Below the pieces are notes generated by a model. It was not told where the DNA came from. It made no database searches and worked only from the letters and a program-made list of their open reading frames with translations. A stretch of 64,000 bases of DNA from Pseudomonadota bacterium (GTDB lineage Bacteria > Pseudomonadota > Alphaproteobacteria > Rickettsiales > UBA1997): assembly GCA_040386195.1 (NCBI GenBank), contig JAZKFV010000006.1, positions 18,059-82,058 of the forward strand, written 5' to 3'. Positions 45,981 through 55,080 of this stretch are shown in pieces (the first letter of the stretch is position 1; each line of letters begins with the position of its first letter). The translations under genes and the position numbers were made by a program.

Positions 45981-47042
45981 ATGACAAAAGAAGTCTATGA
46001 AGTCTATGAGCGTTTTGAAGCAGATTTTGGATTGCTAAAATCTTTTTTGAATCAATATATTAGCCCTGAAGTTACAGCAGATTATTATTTTGTAATTGCG
46101 AATTGCGGATTTGTATTGCCAGGTGGTCAAATTCCTAAATCATTAGCAAAAAAATTTACACCCTCACAACTCGCTTACATTAAATTATTTAAACCATTTG
46201 ATCCTCTTTCAATACAAATTGATGAAATTGAATGGGTGAAAAATATTTTTACTCCCGAGCAATTATATTTGATGAATGGCAGTAAAGAAAATATTTTGAT
46301 GATTGGGCTGATAAAGGTTTTGTATAGTAGTAAGGATAAAATAGAGCAACTAAAAGAATTTGGTTTTCAATCCGATCATTTAATTCAGATTGTGAAAAAC
46401 GCTTTTAACCTGCCTGATAATTTTGATTTTAATAATATAAAAGTTTTAAAAGAATTATTGCGTGAAGAAACTATTATAAAATTAAGATACCTGATGCGCC
46501 CTGTGTTTGAAGGTGGATGCGGATTTGACGCAAAAACTATTTGTGATAATCTATCTGGGGTTTCGCCAGATTTGCTCGCGCCAGTTAGCGGAAAAGTCGT
46601 GGGTGATAAGTTTGATCAAGAGATTATAACTGGGATTAGCCGCAGTATAGATTCTGTGATTGAACCTTTTTTGAAAATCACTCCAGCCAAACCAACAAAA
46701 AGACGTTTGTCTGCACAGCCAGAGTCAACAACACATAATAATCAATTCGCAAATTCACTGCCTTATGATTCCGTGAAATCACCTGGATTAATTCCGTTAG
46801 AAAGTTTAGGGTTTGTTGGATATGGAGCTGGTTTTGGTAATCCGCAAACAACGGCTCAGGCTCAGATTCCGTCAGTCAGATTGGAAACCGAAGCTGCTGA
46901 AGATAAAACTGTTTTTGCTAAACCAAAACCAATAACGAGAAAAAGATCTTGTGAAGAAGATTCAATTTTGCCTGCTGCTAAAGCTCATAACTCACAACAG
47001 TTAATGAGAAGCACGCAAAATCAAGAATTTGCCCAAAAATAA
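45981..47042 (+). CDS. hypothetical protein with a disordered basic C-terminus
   Basis: 353-aa ORF. The C-terminal third is low complexity with basic patches KPTKRR and KPKPITRKR. Confidence 0.45.
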   Translation: MTKEVYEVYERFEADFGLLKSFLNQYISPEVTADYYFVIANCGFVLPGGQIPKSLAKKFTPSQLAYIKLFKPFDPLSIQIDEIEWVKNIFTPEQLYLMNGSKENILMIGLIKVLYSSKDKIEQLKEFGFQSDHLIQIVKNAFNLPDNFDFNNIKVLKELLREETIIKLRYLMRPVFEGGCGFDAKTICDNLSGVSPDLLAPVSGKVVGDKFDQEIITGISRSIDSVIEPFLKITPAKPTKRRLSAQPESTTHNNQFANSLPYDSVKSPGLIPLESLGFVGYGAGFGNPQTTAQAQIPSVRLETEAAEDKTVFAKPKPITRKRSCEEDSILPAAKAHNSQQLMRSTQNQEFAQK

Positions 47043-47075
47043 AAATTAAAATTTCAAATTAAACCTATAAGAAAT

Positions 47076-47849
47076 ATGGCGAGTAAAATTGATAAAAAAG
47101 GTGATCACGAACCTAATAAATATTTTGAAGGTGAGGCGGTTTTGACGGCGCAGGAGAAAATTACTGAGCAGAAATTATTGGATCCCCAAAAGCTTAATGA
47201 AAGTGATATTGAAAATTTAACTTCTAAATTTTTGATGAATAAAATTTATTATAAAATGGCGAAGCGTAAAAAGCGGGAAGAAGCCTTGAAAATTGCGGCT
47301 GGAGTTGTTTTGGGTAAAGGACAAAAAATCAAAAATCAGTTGGAAGTTAATGATGAACAAATCAAAAAAACTAATCAGAAAAATCCGCAAAATGATCAGA
47401 AAAATTTAGCGGCGCAGAATCAAAATCAGAATCAAAATGCTGCGAGCCAAAGTGCCAATCCTAAAGGTGGCAAAGCTGATATTCCCAAAATATCGGGTGG
47501 AACTTTATCGGAAGTGATTGCCAAAATCACCGAAATGATGGCGGGAAAATCGGGCGCTGCTTTCAAAACGGGAGCGGATAATTTTGCGGCAATGGTCGAA
47601 GTTTTGGCAGCGCCGGAAGTGCAAATTAAATTTGATGAAACAATGAAATATCTCGCCAAAGATCCAGTTTTGGTGGTGGGAATTCAAGATGTTTTACAAA
47701 ATACCAGCGCCGCTAATATTTTTGCTCAAGCGGTGGAAAAAAATTTTAGCGCTGCTCAAAAACAAGCAATCAGCACAGTTAGTTTTGCTGATTTGCAAGC
47801 TAGAAATTTTGAGAATTTTCAAGAGCAATCAATTGGCAAGATGCGCTAA
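47076..47849 (+). CDS. hypothetical protein (Q/N-rich linker)
   Basis: 257-aa ORF with KRKKREE and an NQNQNQN stretch. Its 3' end overlaps the hemW 3' end by 21 nt. Confidence 0.45.
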   Translation: MASKIDKKGDHEPNKYFEGEAVLTAQEKITEQKLLDPQKLNESDIENLTSKFLMNKIYYKMAKRKKREEALKIAAGVVLGKGQKIKNQLEVNDEQIKKTNQKNPQNDQKNLAAQNQNQNQNAASQSANPKGGKADIPKISGGTLSEVIAKITEMMAGKSGAAFKTGADNFAAMVEVLAAPEVQIKFDETMKYLAKDPVLVVGIQDVLQNTSAANIFAQAVEKNFSAAQKQAISTVSFADLQARNFENFQEQSIGKMR

Positions 47850-49028
47850 TTTGATAATTTTTTCGATGATTGAATTAGCTAAAATTAAGCCTTGAGAGCT
47901 GATTTTGATATTATTTTTACCCACTATAATCAAATTATTTTTAATCAAATTTTCTAGTTTTTCTAAATCAAAAATCTGCTCAATATTTTTGCCAAAATGT
48001 TTTTGAAAAACTGCATTATCAATTCCGTTTTTCAAACGCAGCCCCATCAAAATTACTTCTTCTAATAATTCTTCTTGAGAAACTTTTTCAATTTTTTGAA
48101 TCGCAACATTTTTTTCTAATGCAGCTTCAAGCCAGGCAGCGGGCTGGTGCAGCATTATAATTGCTGAGCGTAATTTTTCGTCATTCAAATAAACTCGGCT
48201 ATGCGCGCCGGCGCCAATTCCTAAATAATCATTAGATTGCCAATAAGCTAAATTGTGTTTGCACTCAAAACCGGCTTTGGCGTAATTGGAAATTTCGTAA
48301 AGTTCTAAACCATTTTGAGAAGTGATTTGATTGGTTAATTCATATAAATCGGCGGATAAATTTTCATCCGGCAACACAAATTCTTTATTCAAATATTGCC
48401 CATAAAATTTGGTGCCTTTTTCAATAGTTAATTGATAAAGCGAAAGATGATTGGCGGAAAGTTCAATGGCGTTTTGTAATTCTTTTTCCCAGCTTTTTAA
48501 GTCTTGATTTGGGCGGGCATAAATTAAATCGAAAGAATAATTATCAAAAATTTTGCTGGCGGTTTGAATGGTTTTTATGGCTTCTAAAGCAGAATGTTCG
48601 CGCCCGAGAAATTTCAAATCAACATCGTTTAAAGCCTGAATTCCCATTGATAAACGATTAATTCCAGCCTGCTTGAAAGCCTTGAATTTGGTGGCTTCAA
48701 ACGAAGTTGGATTTGCTTCTAAAGTGATTTCGCAATCTTTATCAATCGTCCAAATTTTAGCAATTTCCGCCAAGATTTTTTCCACAAAATAAACTGGCAT
48801 TAACGAAGGAGTTCCACCGCCGAAAAAAATAGTTTTAACTTGGCGATTTTTTAATTGCGGCGCAAAATATTGCAGCTCGTTTAAATAACCTTGCAAAAAT
48901 TTTTCTTCGTCAATTTTCTTCTCAACGTGCGAGTTAAAATCACAATAAGGGCATTTTGATTTACAAAACGGATAATGGATGTAAATTGAGAGTTGCGAGT
49001 CGTAAGTCGTAAGTCGTAAGTTTTTCAT
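47829..49028 (-). CDS. hemW: radical SAM heme chaperone HemW (HemN-like, oxygen-independent coproporphyrinogen oxidase family)
   Basis: 399 aa. Radical-SAM cluster motif IYIHYPFCKSKCPYCDF and GGGTPS. The first 14 codons are encoded by a heptamer array. Confidence 0.85.
   Translation of the reverse strand: MKNLRLTTYDSQLSIYIHYPFCKSKCPYCDFNSHVEKKIDEEKFLQGYLNELQYFAPQLKNRQVKTIFFGGGTPSLMPVYFVEKILAEIAKIWTIDKDCEITLEANPTSFEATKFKAFKQAGINRLSMGIQALNDVDLKFLGREHSALEAIKTIQTASKIFDNYSFDLIYARPNQDLKSWEKELQNAIELSANHLSLYQLTIEKGTKFYGQYLNKEFVLPDENLSADLYELTNQITSQNGLELYEISNYAKAGFECKHNLAYWQSNDYLGIGAGAHSRVYLNDEKLRSAIIMLHQPAAWLEAALEKNVAIQKIEKVSQEELLEEVILMGLRLKNGIDNAVFQKHFGKNIEQIFDLEKLENLIKNNLIIVGKNNIKISSQGLILANSIIEKIIKLAHLAN
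48987..49021 (-). repeat. (ACTTAYN)-type heptamer array forming codons 4-15 of hemW
   Basis: Gene-strand sequence ATG AAA A-ACTTACG ACTTACG ACTTACG ACTCGCA ACTCTCA, translated as NLRLTTYDSQLS. Confidence 0.85.
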
Positions 49029-49043
49029 TAATTAGTTTTAAAT

Positions 49044-49403
49044 ATGATTCTGAGAATATTGATTGAGCTTTTGCCGGCTTTGGTGCCGATTTTTGTTTAT
49101 TGTTTATGGCTTTTCGTGAGGCGAATTGCAAGAAGAATGATTGTGAAAAATTTGGCAAAAAAATCTGGAAAAATTCTTGATGCAACTTATGAAGAGGTGA
49201 AAAATGAAGAAAAAAATGATCCGATCATTAGTGATTTCTCCCTACAAAACCGCCAATTTATCACGGTTTTATATTTGAGTTTTTTCATTATGATTATCTG
49301 CTTTTTATTCTTCGCCATTCGGGTTCCTAGAATTGAGAAAGGTCGATATATTCCCGCTCATTTAGAAAATGGAAAAATAGTGCCGGCAAAAATTGTCGAA
49401 TAA
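49044..49403 (+). CDS. small membrane protein, function unknown
   Basis: 119 aa with two hydrophobic helices (ELLPALVPIFVYCLWLF; VLYLSFFIMIICFLFFAI). Divergent from hemW with only 15 bp between the start codons. Confidence 0.5.
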   Translation: MILRILIELLPALVPIFVYCLWLFVRRIARRMIVKNLAKKSGKILDATYEEVKNEEKNDPIISDFSLQNRQFITVLYLSFFIMIICFLFFAIRVPRIEKGRYIPAHLENGKIVPAKIVE

Positions 49404-49406
49404 AAA

Positions 49407-52400
49407 TTAGCCTTGTTCCAGAGGTTTTTCTTTAACTTCAGGAAGAACTCTTGATCCCATAGATTCGGCTGTTTTACTCGGATTTCCAGAAGGTCGTTCA
49501 GGTGTTCTTAATCTTTTTAAATCATCAATTAATTGTTGGGCTTTGAGTTCATAAAATAAACCACGCAGCTTTTCATATCTTTCGTCGCCAGGTATTATTA
49601 AGGGAAATGGACAGATGTTGCCTTTTGGATTCATAAAATCCTTAAAGCTTTCTGCATTTGAGGTTTGAGCGTAATACGTTTCACTGAAATCTTCTGCCAT
49701 TTTTTCTCTTAAAGTAGCAAAAACAGTTTCTGGCAAACTTTTAAAGGTGTCACTTAAGAAATATCTTTGAAAAAATTTATTAGCTTCAAGGTTAGGAGAA
49801 TATAGTAATTGAGGATTTTGAGCAAGATCGCGGAAAATTTCATAACAATTTTTTTCTGGAACTAAACCATTTACAAATAATTTATTAGCTACTCCATCAA
49901 TACAAATAGTTTGAGCGCCAAATTGCCAGCCAATACTCAAACTTTGCTGGGTTCCAATTGTTATGTCGATTGGAGTGAATGGAGATCTTTCAATCTTGAT
50001 ATTTTTAATTCCATCAATTCCAGAATTAACTATCACATTATATCCGCTAGAACGGGCATTTTCTTGAATTTTAGCCAAAGCCAATTCCACATCTGCAACT
50101 GCAATTTGAACATCATAATCTTTTTTATCTAAAGGAGTTCCTATTTCGATACCAAAATATACTAAAGCGGCGCCATAAGCTTTGCTGCCAGTAAGAATTT
50201 TTGTCTGACATTCCACACCTTCCAATAATGGATCGCAGGCTTGGTTAAAATCATTGATGATTAAAGGCACGATTTGTGTCTCAAAATAATCAAAATAAGT
50301 TGGATCTAATATAATTTCACCAAGATAGCGCGAATGCGCAAGAACCTCGACATATGATCTTGCAGATTCCAGCTTGCCGAACAAATTTATATTTGCCAGA
50401 TCTGTTCTGCCTTTTTCTTCTTGTAATTTTTCTATCTGTTTAACTATTTCTGCTTGTTCAGCCGTTAATCTTTCAACCTCGTTATTTTGCCAAATATTAG
50501 ATTCTGGGGTTTGTTTATTTTTATTATTTAAGTTTTGTGTTCTGGCAGTTTTTAGTGCATCTTTGGTTTTTTCTAGCTCTGATTCTAAAGTTGTTAATTT
50601 GGTTACCGCAGTTGATTTTTCTAGCTCAGCAGAAGATCTTTTTAGTCTATCAATAAATTCTTGAGTTTTTTTTGCATCACTCTGTAGCTTTGTTATTTTG
50701 CCTTGAAGAACATTGACTTCACTTGATTTTTCTCCAAGTTTTTGCGCTAAAACATCTTTTAATTTTTGAACATCAAAAAGCTCTTTGCGAATAGTTTCTA
50801 AATCTTTGTTTAATGACTCATTAAGTTTTTTTAACTCTATAAATTTAGGATTGGAATCAACATCTTCCACGAGACCTTCCAGTAATGAGATGCGGTCTTT
50901 TAGATCTTGATTTTCTTGTTCCAAAGTTTTGGGCTCTTCTAGTTTTTCTGGCGCCAATGAAGCTGCTTGAGCAGTTAAATTTTCCTGAAAGTATTTTTCG
51001 TGTTTTCCTTTAATTTTTCCGCTTAATTTTTGTTTCTCCTCAAGACTTAAAAGTGCATCAAATCTTTTAAATTGATCGTCACTAAAATCCTCAATAAAAG
51101 CGAGATAGAGTTGAGAGTTTTCCAAGAGATCGTTAATCATTAATTCTCTTTGGCTGAGAAGTTCTGATTTGGATTTAACACTGGTTAAAATTTCAAAAAA
51201 TCTATCAATTGCAATTGGTCGCAGATTTTTAAAGATTAGTAAATTTGGATTACCAAGATAATTTTTGAGATCATCTGCCAATAAATATTCTTTGGCACAA
51301 AACTCGTATAATTTTCTAAAATAAGAATTTTGTTTGTTTGATTCATTAAGATCAAAGCTAAGAAATTGCGTTATTTTATCCAGATTATTTAATAGTTTTT
51401 GTCTATCTGAACTGACAAATAACTCTTCCAACAAAATTTCAATTTTTGTAATAATTTCAGGTGCTAATGATTTATTAGTTTGATTGACAATCTCTTGAAG
51501 TTCTTTTTCTTCTAAAACACAAACCACTTCTGACAATTCAGAAAAGAGCACTTTTAATAAAGTAGGTTTATCAACTTTGCTAGCTGGGTTTGTAACATCG
51601 CTTAAGATTTCCAAGAAAAGTGATCTAACTCTAGTTTTTCCTTCTAAATAATTGGGATTTGATAACATTATTTTCAGCTGATCTATTAGGCTAAAGTAAA
51701 ATTCTCTTGGTCTGTGAGTTTCTTCTTTGGACAAAATTTCTCGAAATACAAAAGAAAGTGATGCTTCGGTTTGAAAAAAAAGAGGATATGTTTCCAGATT
51801 TGCTATTGTTGCAGTTGATTGCGTATCAGCAGCAAGAGTTAGAATTTTTGCTTTTAGAAGATTTGTAAAATCAGGATTTGTATGACCTATTAGATTGGGT
51901 TTTTTGTCGATGGCATTTTGCAATAATTCATCAGAAAATGGCGGCTTTTGGTCAATTTCTAAGATATTCTTTACTACAAAAAGTGCTTGTTTCTTTGTTA
52001 GTTTTTCTAAAAACAACGCATCATTTTTAGCAATTAATTTTTTTAAAACTAATTTTATTTCTTTCACATCTTCTGCTTCGCTTGGTGTTCCCGCAAAAGT
52101 TTCAATTCTTTTTAGGGCTTTATTGGGTTTTGAATCTTCTAATTCTTTTTCTAAAGCTTTAAGCTCTTTTCTTGACAACCGATCAGTGTCTGGTAATGAG
52201 GCTGGCTTTATTGTTGTGACGGCATCTTTTAATATTGATTTTATATCTAGCGCAGAAATAACTTGAACATCATATCTTGAAAATACCTTCCAAATCAGGT
52301 TATTTTGAGAAAATCGATCATCTGAATTTTTTGGCGTTCCTCTAACATTCTCAATAAATTCACTCAAGTCTGGCTGAAAAAGATCTCGAAATTGCTTATG

Positions 52401-53006
52401 ATCGATTTGCAATATTATATCTGGAAAGACTATGGCGCAGGTAAAAAATAGTTTTTGCGCTACAGATTTTTCATCATCTGTGGCATTTTTATTGCACAGA
52501 ACCGATGTAATAAAATTAACAATATCAGCTTTTTGTTCTTCAGGGAGAGTAAATATTTGCTTATCAAGAGGGCTTCCGTCTGGTTTAGTTTTTATGCCAT
52601 AAGTCCAATATTTATGAGCGAAAATTAAGCTTTCCAACCAAATATCAATAAATCTTTTGCAACGATCAACAACTTTTGATTCGCTGTGAAGATGCGATGA
52701 GGAAAATTTTAAAAAAGCTTCGATTGTTTTTTCAACTTCTTGTTGTGAATAGATATGATAAGAATCGCGCCTTAATTTTTCTCTACTGCCAATTTCTGGC
52801 TCATTATTTTTCAAAATAGTTTCCGTTGCCTCACTGCCAAGATCTAATTGATAAATAGTGTCTATTAATCCGATGCAAATCCGTTTTTCAGGGTCTAATA
52901 ATCGTTTTGTATGCGACTTAACGCAGCTATCAAAACCTAAAGGAATTCTTTCTTGTGGTGGTTGCGGGGCTGGTTGGCGTCTTTGCGGTATTGTTTTGCG
53001 TGTCAT
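49407..53006 (-). CDS. large (1199 aa) effector-like protein: N-terminal helical region, central coiled coil, C-terminal possible Pol-beta-type nucleotidyltransferase-like domain
   Basis: A single uninterrupted ORF. Residues about 690-860 are heptad-rich with many charged residues (LEQENQDLKDRISLLEGL..., LQGKITKLQSDAKKTQEFIDRLKRS...). The C-terminal ILTGSKAYGAAL...KKDYDVQIAVAD...TPIDITIG loosely fits hG(G/S)...DxD...D. Confidence 0.6.
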   Translation of the reverse strand: MTRKTIPQRRQPAPQPPQERIPLGFDSCVKSHTKRLLDPEKRICIGLIDTIYQLDLGSEATETILKNNEPEIGSREKLRRDSYHIYSQQEVEKTIEAFLKFSSSHLHSESKVVDRCKRFIDIWLESLIFAHKYWTYGIKTKPDGSPLDKQIFTLPEEQKADIVNFITSVLCNKNATDDEKSVAQKLFFTCAIVFPDIILQIDHKQFRDLFQPDLSEFIENVRGTPKNSDDRFSQNNLIWKVFSRYDVQVISALDIKSILKDAVTTIKPASLPDTDRLSRKELKALEKELEDSKPNKALKRIETFAGTPSEAEDVKEIKLVLKKLIAKNDALFLEKLTKKQALFVVKNILEIDQKPPFSDELLQNAIDKKPNLIGHTNPDFTNLLKAKILTLAADTQSTATIANLETYPLFFQTEASLSFVFREILSKEETHRPREFYFSLIDQLKIMLSNPNYLEGKTRVRSLFLEILSDVTNPASKVDKPTLLKVLFSELSEVVCVLEEKELQEIVNQTNKSLAPEIITKIEILLEELFVSSDRQKLLNNLDKITQFLSFDLNESNKQNSYFRKLYEFCAKEYLLADDLKNYLGNPNLLIFKNLRPIAIDRFFEILTSVKSKSELLSQRELMINDLLENSQLYLAFIEDFSDDQFKRFDALLSLEEKQKLSGKIKGKHEKYFQENLTAQAASLAPEKLEEPKTLEQENQDLKDRISLLEGLVEDVDSNPKFIELKKLNESLNKDLETIRKELFDVQKLKDVLAQKLGEKSSEVNVLQGKITKLQSDAKKTQEFIDRLKRSSAELEKSTAVTKLTTLESELEKTKDALKTARTQNLNNKNKQTPESNIWQNNEVERLTAEQAEIVKQIEKLQEEKGRTDLANINLFGKLESARSYVEVLAHSRYLGEIILDPTYFDYFETQIVPLIINDFNQACDPLLEGVECQTKILTGSKAYGAALVYFGIEIGTPLDKKDYDVQIAVADVELALAKIQENARSSGYNVIVNSGIDGIKNIKIERSPFTPIDITIGTQQSLSIGWQFGAQTICIDGVANKLFVNGLVPEKNCYEIFRDLAQNPQLLYSPNLEANKFFQRYFLSDTFKSLPETVFATLREKMAEDFSETYYAQTSNAESFKDFMNPKGNICPFPLIIPGDERYEKLRGLFYELKAQQLIDDLKRLRTPERPSGNPSKTAESMGSRVLPEVKEKPLEQG

Positions 53007-53139
53007 ATCGTGTTAGATAAAAATCTGTTTGAAATCTTTTTTGTGAAGTATTTTTAAGGCAGGAATAAAATCACAAAGACTATTTTTTATCAATAATTTG
53101 TTGTGCTGGAATTATTATCAAATATTAACAGAATAGTAT

Positions 53140-53172
53140 TTGCAAATAAAAATGATAATGATTATCATAATC
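53140..53172 (+). promoter_or_regulatory. putative tonB promoter with overlapping Fur box
   Basis: -35 TTGCAA (53140-53145), 17-nt spacer, -10 TATCAT (53163-53168). Fur box GATAATGATTATCATAATC (53154-53172) matches the consensus GATAATGATAATCATTATC at 16/19. Confidence 0.6.
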
Positions 53173-53321
53173 ATAACGAGATTAATTAAAAAATTACTAA
53201 TCACAATATTTCCACAAAATGCCTAAAAATATTTGCAACCAAAAATTGCTTTGCGATCTTGTTGCTTTATCGTCATTTGACTATAAGAGGAAGATTAGCC
53301 AATGTGGTTTAGTGTTAATTA

Positions 53322-53951
53322 ATGATGTTTAAAAAACTGCTTAAAACAGAATTCTTTTTTATAACTGCTCTGGCGTTGCATTTGGCAATTTTATTTTTGG
53401 CGTTTTTTAAAACGCAAAATTCTGACTCGCCCGTTTTGTCTTTTAGCATTTCAATTAATGATGCCGCTTCGGTAAAGCAAAACAGCATTTCAGCAACATC
53501 GGTTGCATCTTCTGTTCAGACAAAAAAGCCAAAAACAAAACAGGAAGTGACTAAAAATGACAATCAAAATAAAGCTCAAAAAGTAGAAAAAGAGCAAGAT
53601 TCTAAAGTAAAATCTACCGGCAAGGAAGTTTCTAACTCAAAACAACAAAATGCAGTTTTTGGTGAAAATGCGCCAGCAATTTTCGACGCTGCTTATTTAA
53701 ATAATCCATCTCCATCTTATCCTGTTACATCTAAAAGAATGGGCGAGCAAGGCAGGGTTTTGCTCGATGTTTATGTTAATAAAGATGGTTTGGTTGAAAA
53801 AATTAATATCAATAAAAGCTCAGGCTTTTCAAGGCTGGATAATGCTGCTTTGAATACAGTTAAAAAATGGCAATTTGTTCCGGCGAAAAAAAATGGCAAC
53901 ATTGAAAATTCTTGGGTGCAAGTGCCAATTAACTTTGTTTTAGAAAATTAA
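53322..53951 (+). CDS. tonB: energy transducer TonB
   Basis: 209 aa. N-terminal anchor, K/Q/E-rich linker, and a C-terminal TonB domain (YPVTSKRMGEQGRVLLDVYVNKDGLVEKININKSSGFSRLDNAALNTVKKWQFVPA). Confidence 0.8.
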   Translation: MMFKKLLKTEFFFITALALHLAILFLAFFKTQNSDSPVLSFSISINDAASVKQNSISATSVASSVQTKKPKTKQEVTKNDNQNKAQKVEKEQDSKVKSTGKEVSNSKQQNAVFGENAPAIFDAAYLNNPSPSYPVTSKRMGEQGRVLLDVYVNKDGLVEKININKSSGFSRLDNAALNTVKKWQFVPAKKNGNIENSWVQVPINFVLEN

Positions 53952-53971
53952 TAACCTTAAAAATAAATTAT

Positions 53972-54667
53972 ATGAATTCATACGGAATGGGTCACTTTTG
54001 GACAAGCGGCGATTTTACAATTTATTCAGTAGCGTTGATATTGCTGGTGATGTCAGTTTTAAGCTGGACACAAATTTTCAGTAAAACTTATCGCTTTTGG
54101 CGTCAAAAAAGAATTTTAAATGCGCTAGAAAAATTCTGGCAGGAAATGACTATTAGCAAGGCTATAGAAGATTTAGGAAAAGAAGCTGGCTCTAACAATT
54201 CTTTTTATAATCTGGCAAAACAAGTTGTGGAAGCCGCAGAGCATTTTGATGAAGATAAGGATAATCATATTGAGCATGGCTTAAATCGTGGTGAATTTAT
54301 TACCAGAACTTTAAGACAAAGTATTAATCGCAGCACAGCAAAATTAGAATCTGGATTAACAATGCTAGCTTCAATTGGCGCGGTTGCCCCATTCATTGGA
54401 TTGTTTGGAACTGTTTATGGAATTTACGGCGCCTTGCTGGGAATTTCTGCTAGCGGTGCTGCCACTTTGGATAAAGTTTCTGGCCCAGTTGGCGAGGCAT
54501 TAATTATGACTGCTGCTGGCTTGTTCGTAGCAATTCCTGCCACTCTTGCTTATAACGCTTTTGTTAGATTGAACCGTTTAGAATTAATGGAATTGGATGG
54601 TTTTGCTCACGATCTTTATTCTTATTTGAGCAATGGTGTAAAAGTTTCAAATAAAAAAGGAGAATAA
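53972..54667 (+). CDS. exbB: MotA/TolQ/ExbB proton-channel protein
   Basis: 231 aa with three TM helices and the conserved LASIGAVAPFIGLFGTVYGI and GPVGEALIMTAAGL segments. Confidence 0.85.
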   Translation: MNSYGMGHFWTSGDFTIYSVALILLVMSVLSWTQIFSKTYRFWRQKRILNALEKFWQEMTISKAIEDLGKEAGSNNSFYNLAKQVVEAAEHFDEDKDNHIEHGLNRGEFITRTLRQSINRSTAKLESGLTMLASIGAVAPFIGLFGTVYGIYGALLGISASGAATLDKVSGPVGEALIMTAAGLFVAIPATLAYNAFVRLNRLELMELDGFAHDLYSYLSNGVKVSNKKGE

Positions 54668-55080
54668 TGTCATTTGGAGGATTCAACAAACAAAATAGCG
54701 CGCCAATGAGCGAAATGAACACCACGCCTTTGGTGGATGTGATGTTGGTTTTATTAATTATTTTCATCATCACCGCGCCGCTGATTACCAACAGCGTGAA
54801 TATTAATTTGCCGAGCAGCAAATCTTCAGCAACGCCACAAAAACCAAATATTGTCAGCGTTGGAATTGATGAAAAAGAAAGATTATTTTGGAATGGCAAA
54901 GAAATTAATGAAGATCAGCTAGCTTTGCTTTTGGAAGATGCTGTTAAAAATAATTCAAATACCGAGCTACAACTTCAAGCTGATCACAACACCAGATATG
55001 AAAAAATTACTGATGTTATGACTAAGGCTGATCAAGCTGGAATTAGCAAAATGGGTTTTGCAACTCGGGTTGGAAATTAG
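54667..55080 (+). CDS. exbD: biopolymer transport protein ExbD
   Basis: 137 aa. Has MNTTPLVDVMLVLLIIFIIT, typical of ExbD/TolR. The start overlaps the exbB stop (TAATG), with AAGGAG 5 nt upstream. Confidence 0.85.
   Translation: MSFGGFNKQNSAPMSEMNTTPLVDVMLVLLIIFIITAPLITNSVNINLPSSKSSATPQKPNIVSVGIDEKERLFWNGKEINEDQLALLLEDAVKNNSNTELQLQADHNTRYEKITDVMTKADQAGISKMGFATRVGN

Noticed and set aside
53219-53332. A 37-codon ORF (MPKNICNQKLLCDLVALSSFDYKRKISQCGLVLINDV) between the Fur box and tonB, as a possible leader peptide.
   Set aside because: It has no SD, no conservation evidence and no known tonB leader-peptide mechanism. It overlaps the tonB start and is most likely fortuitous in AT-rich DNA.
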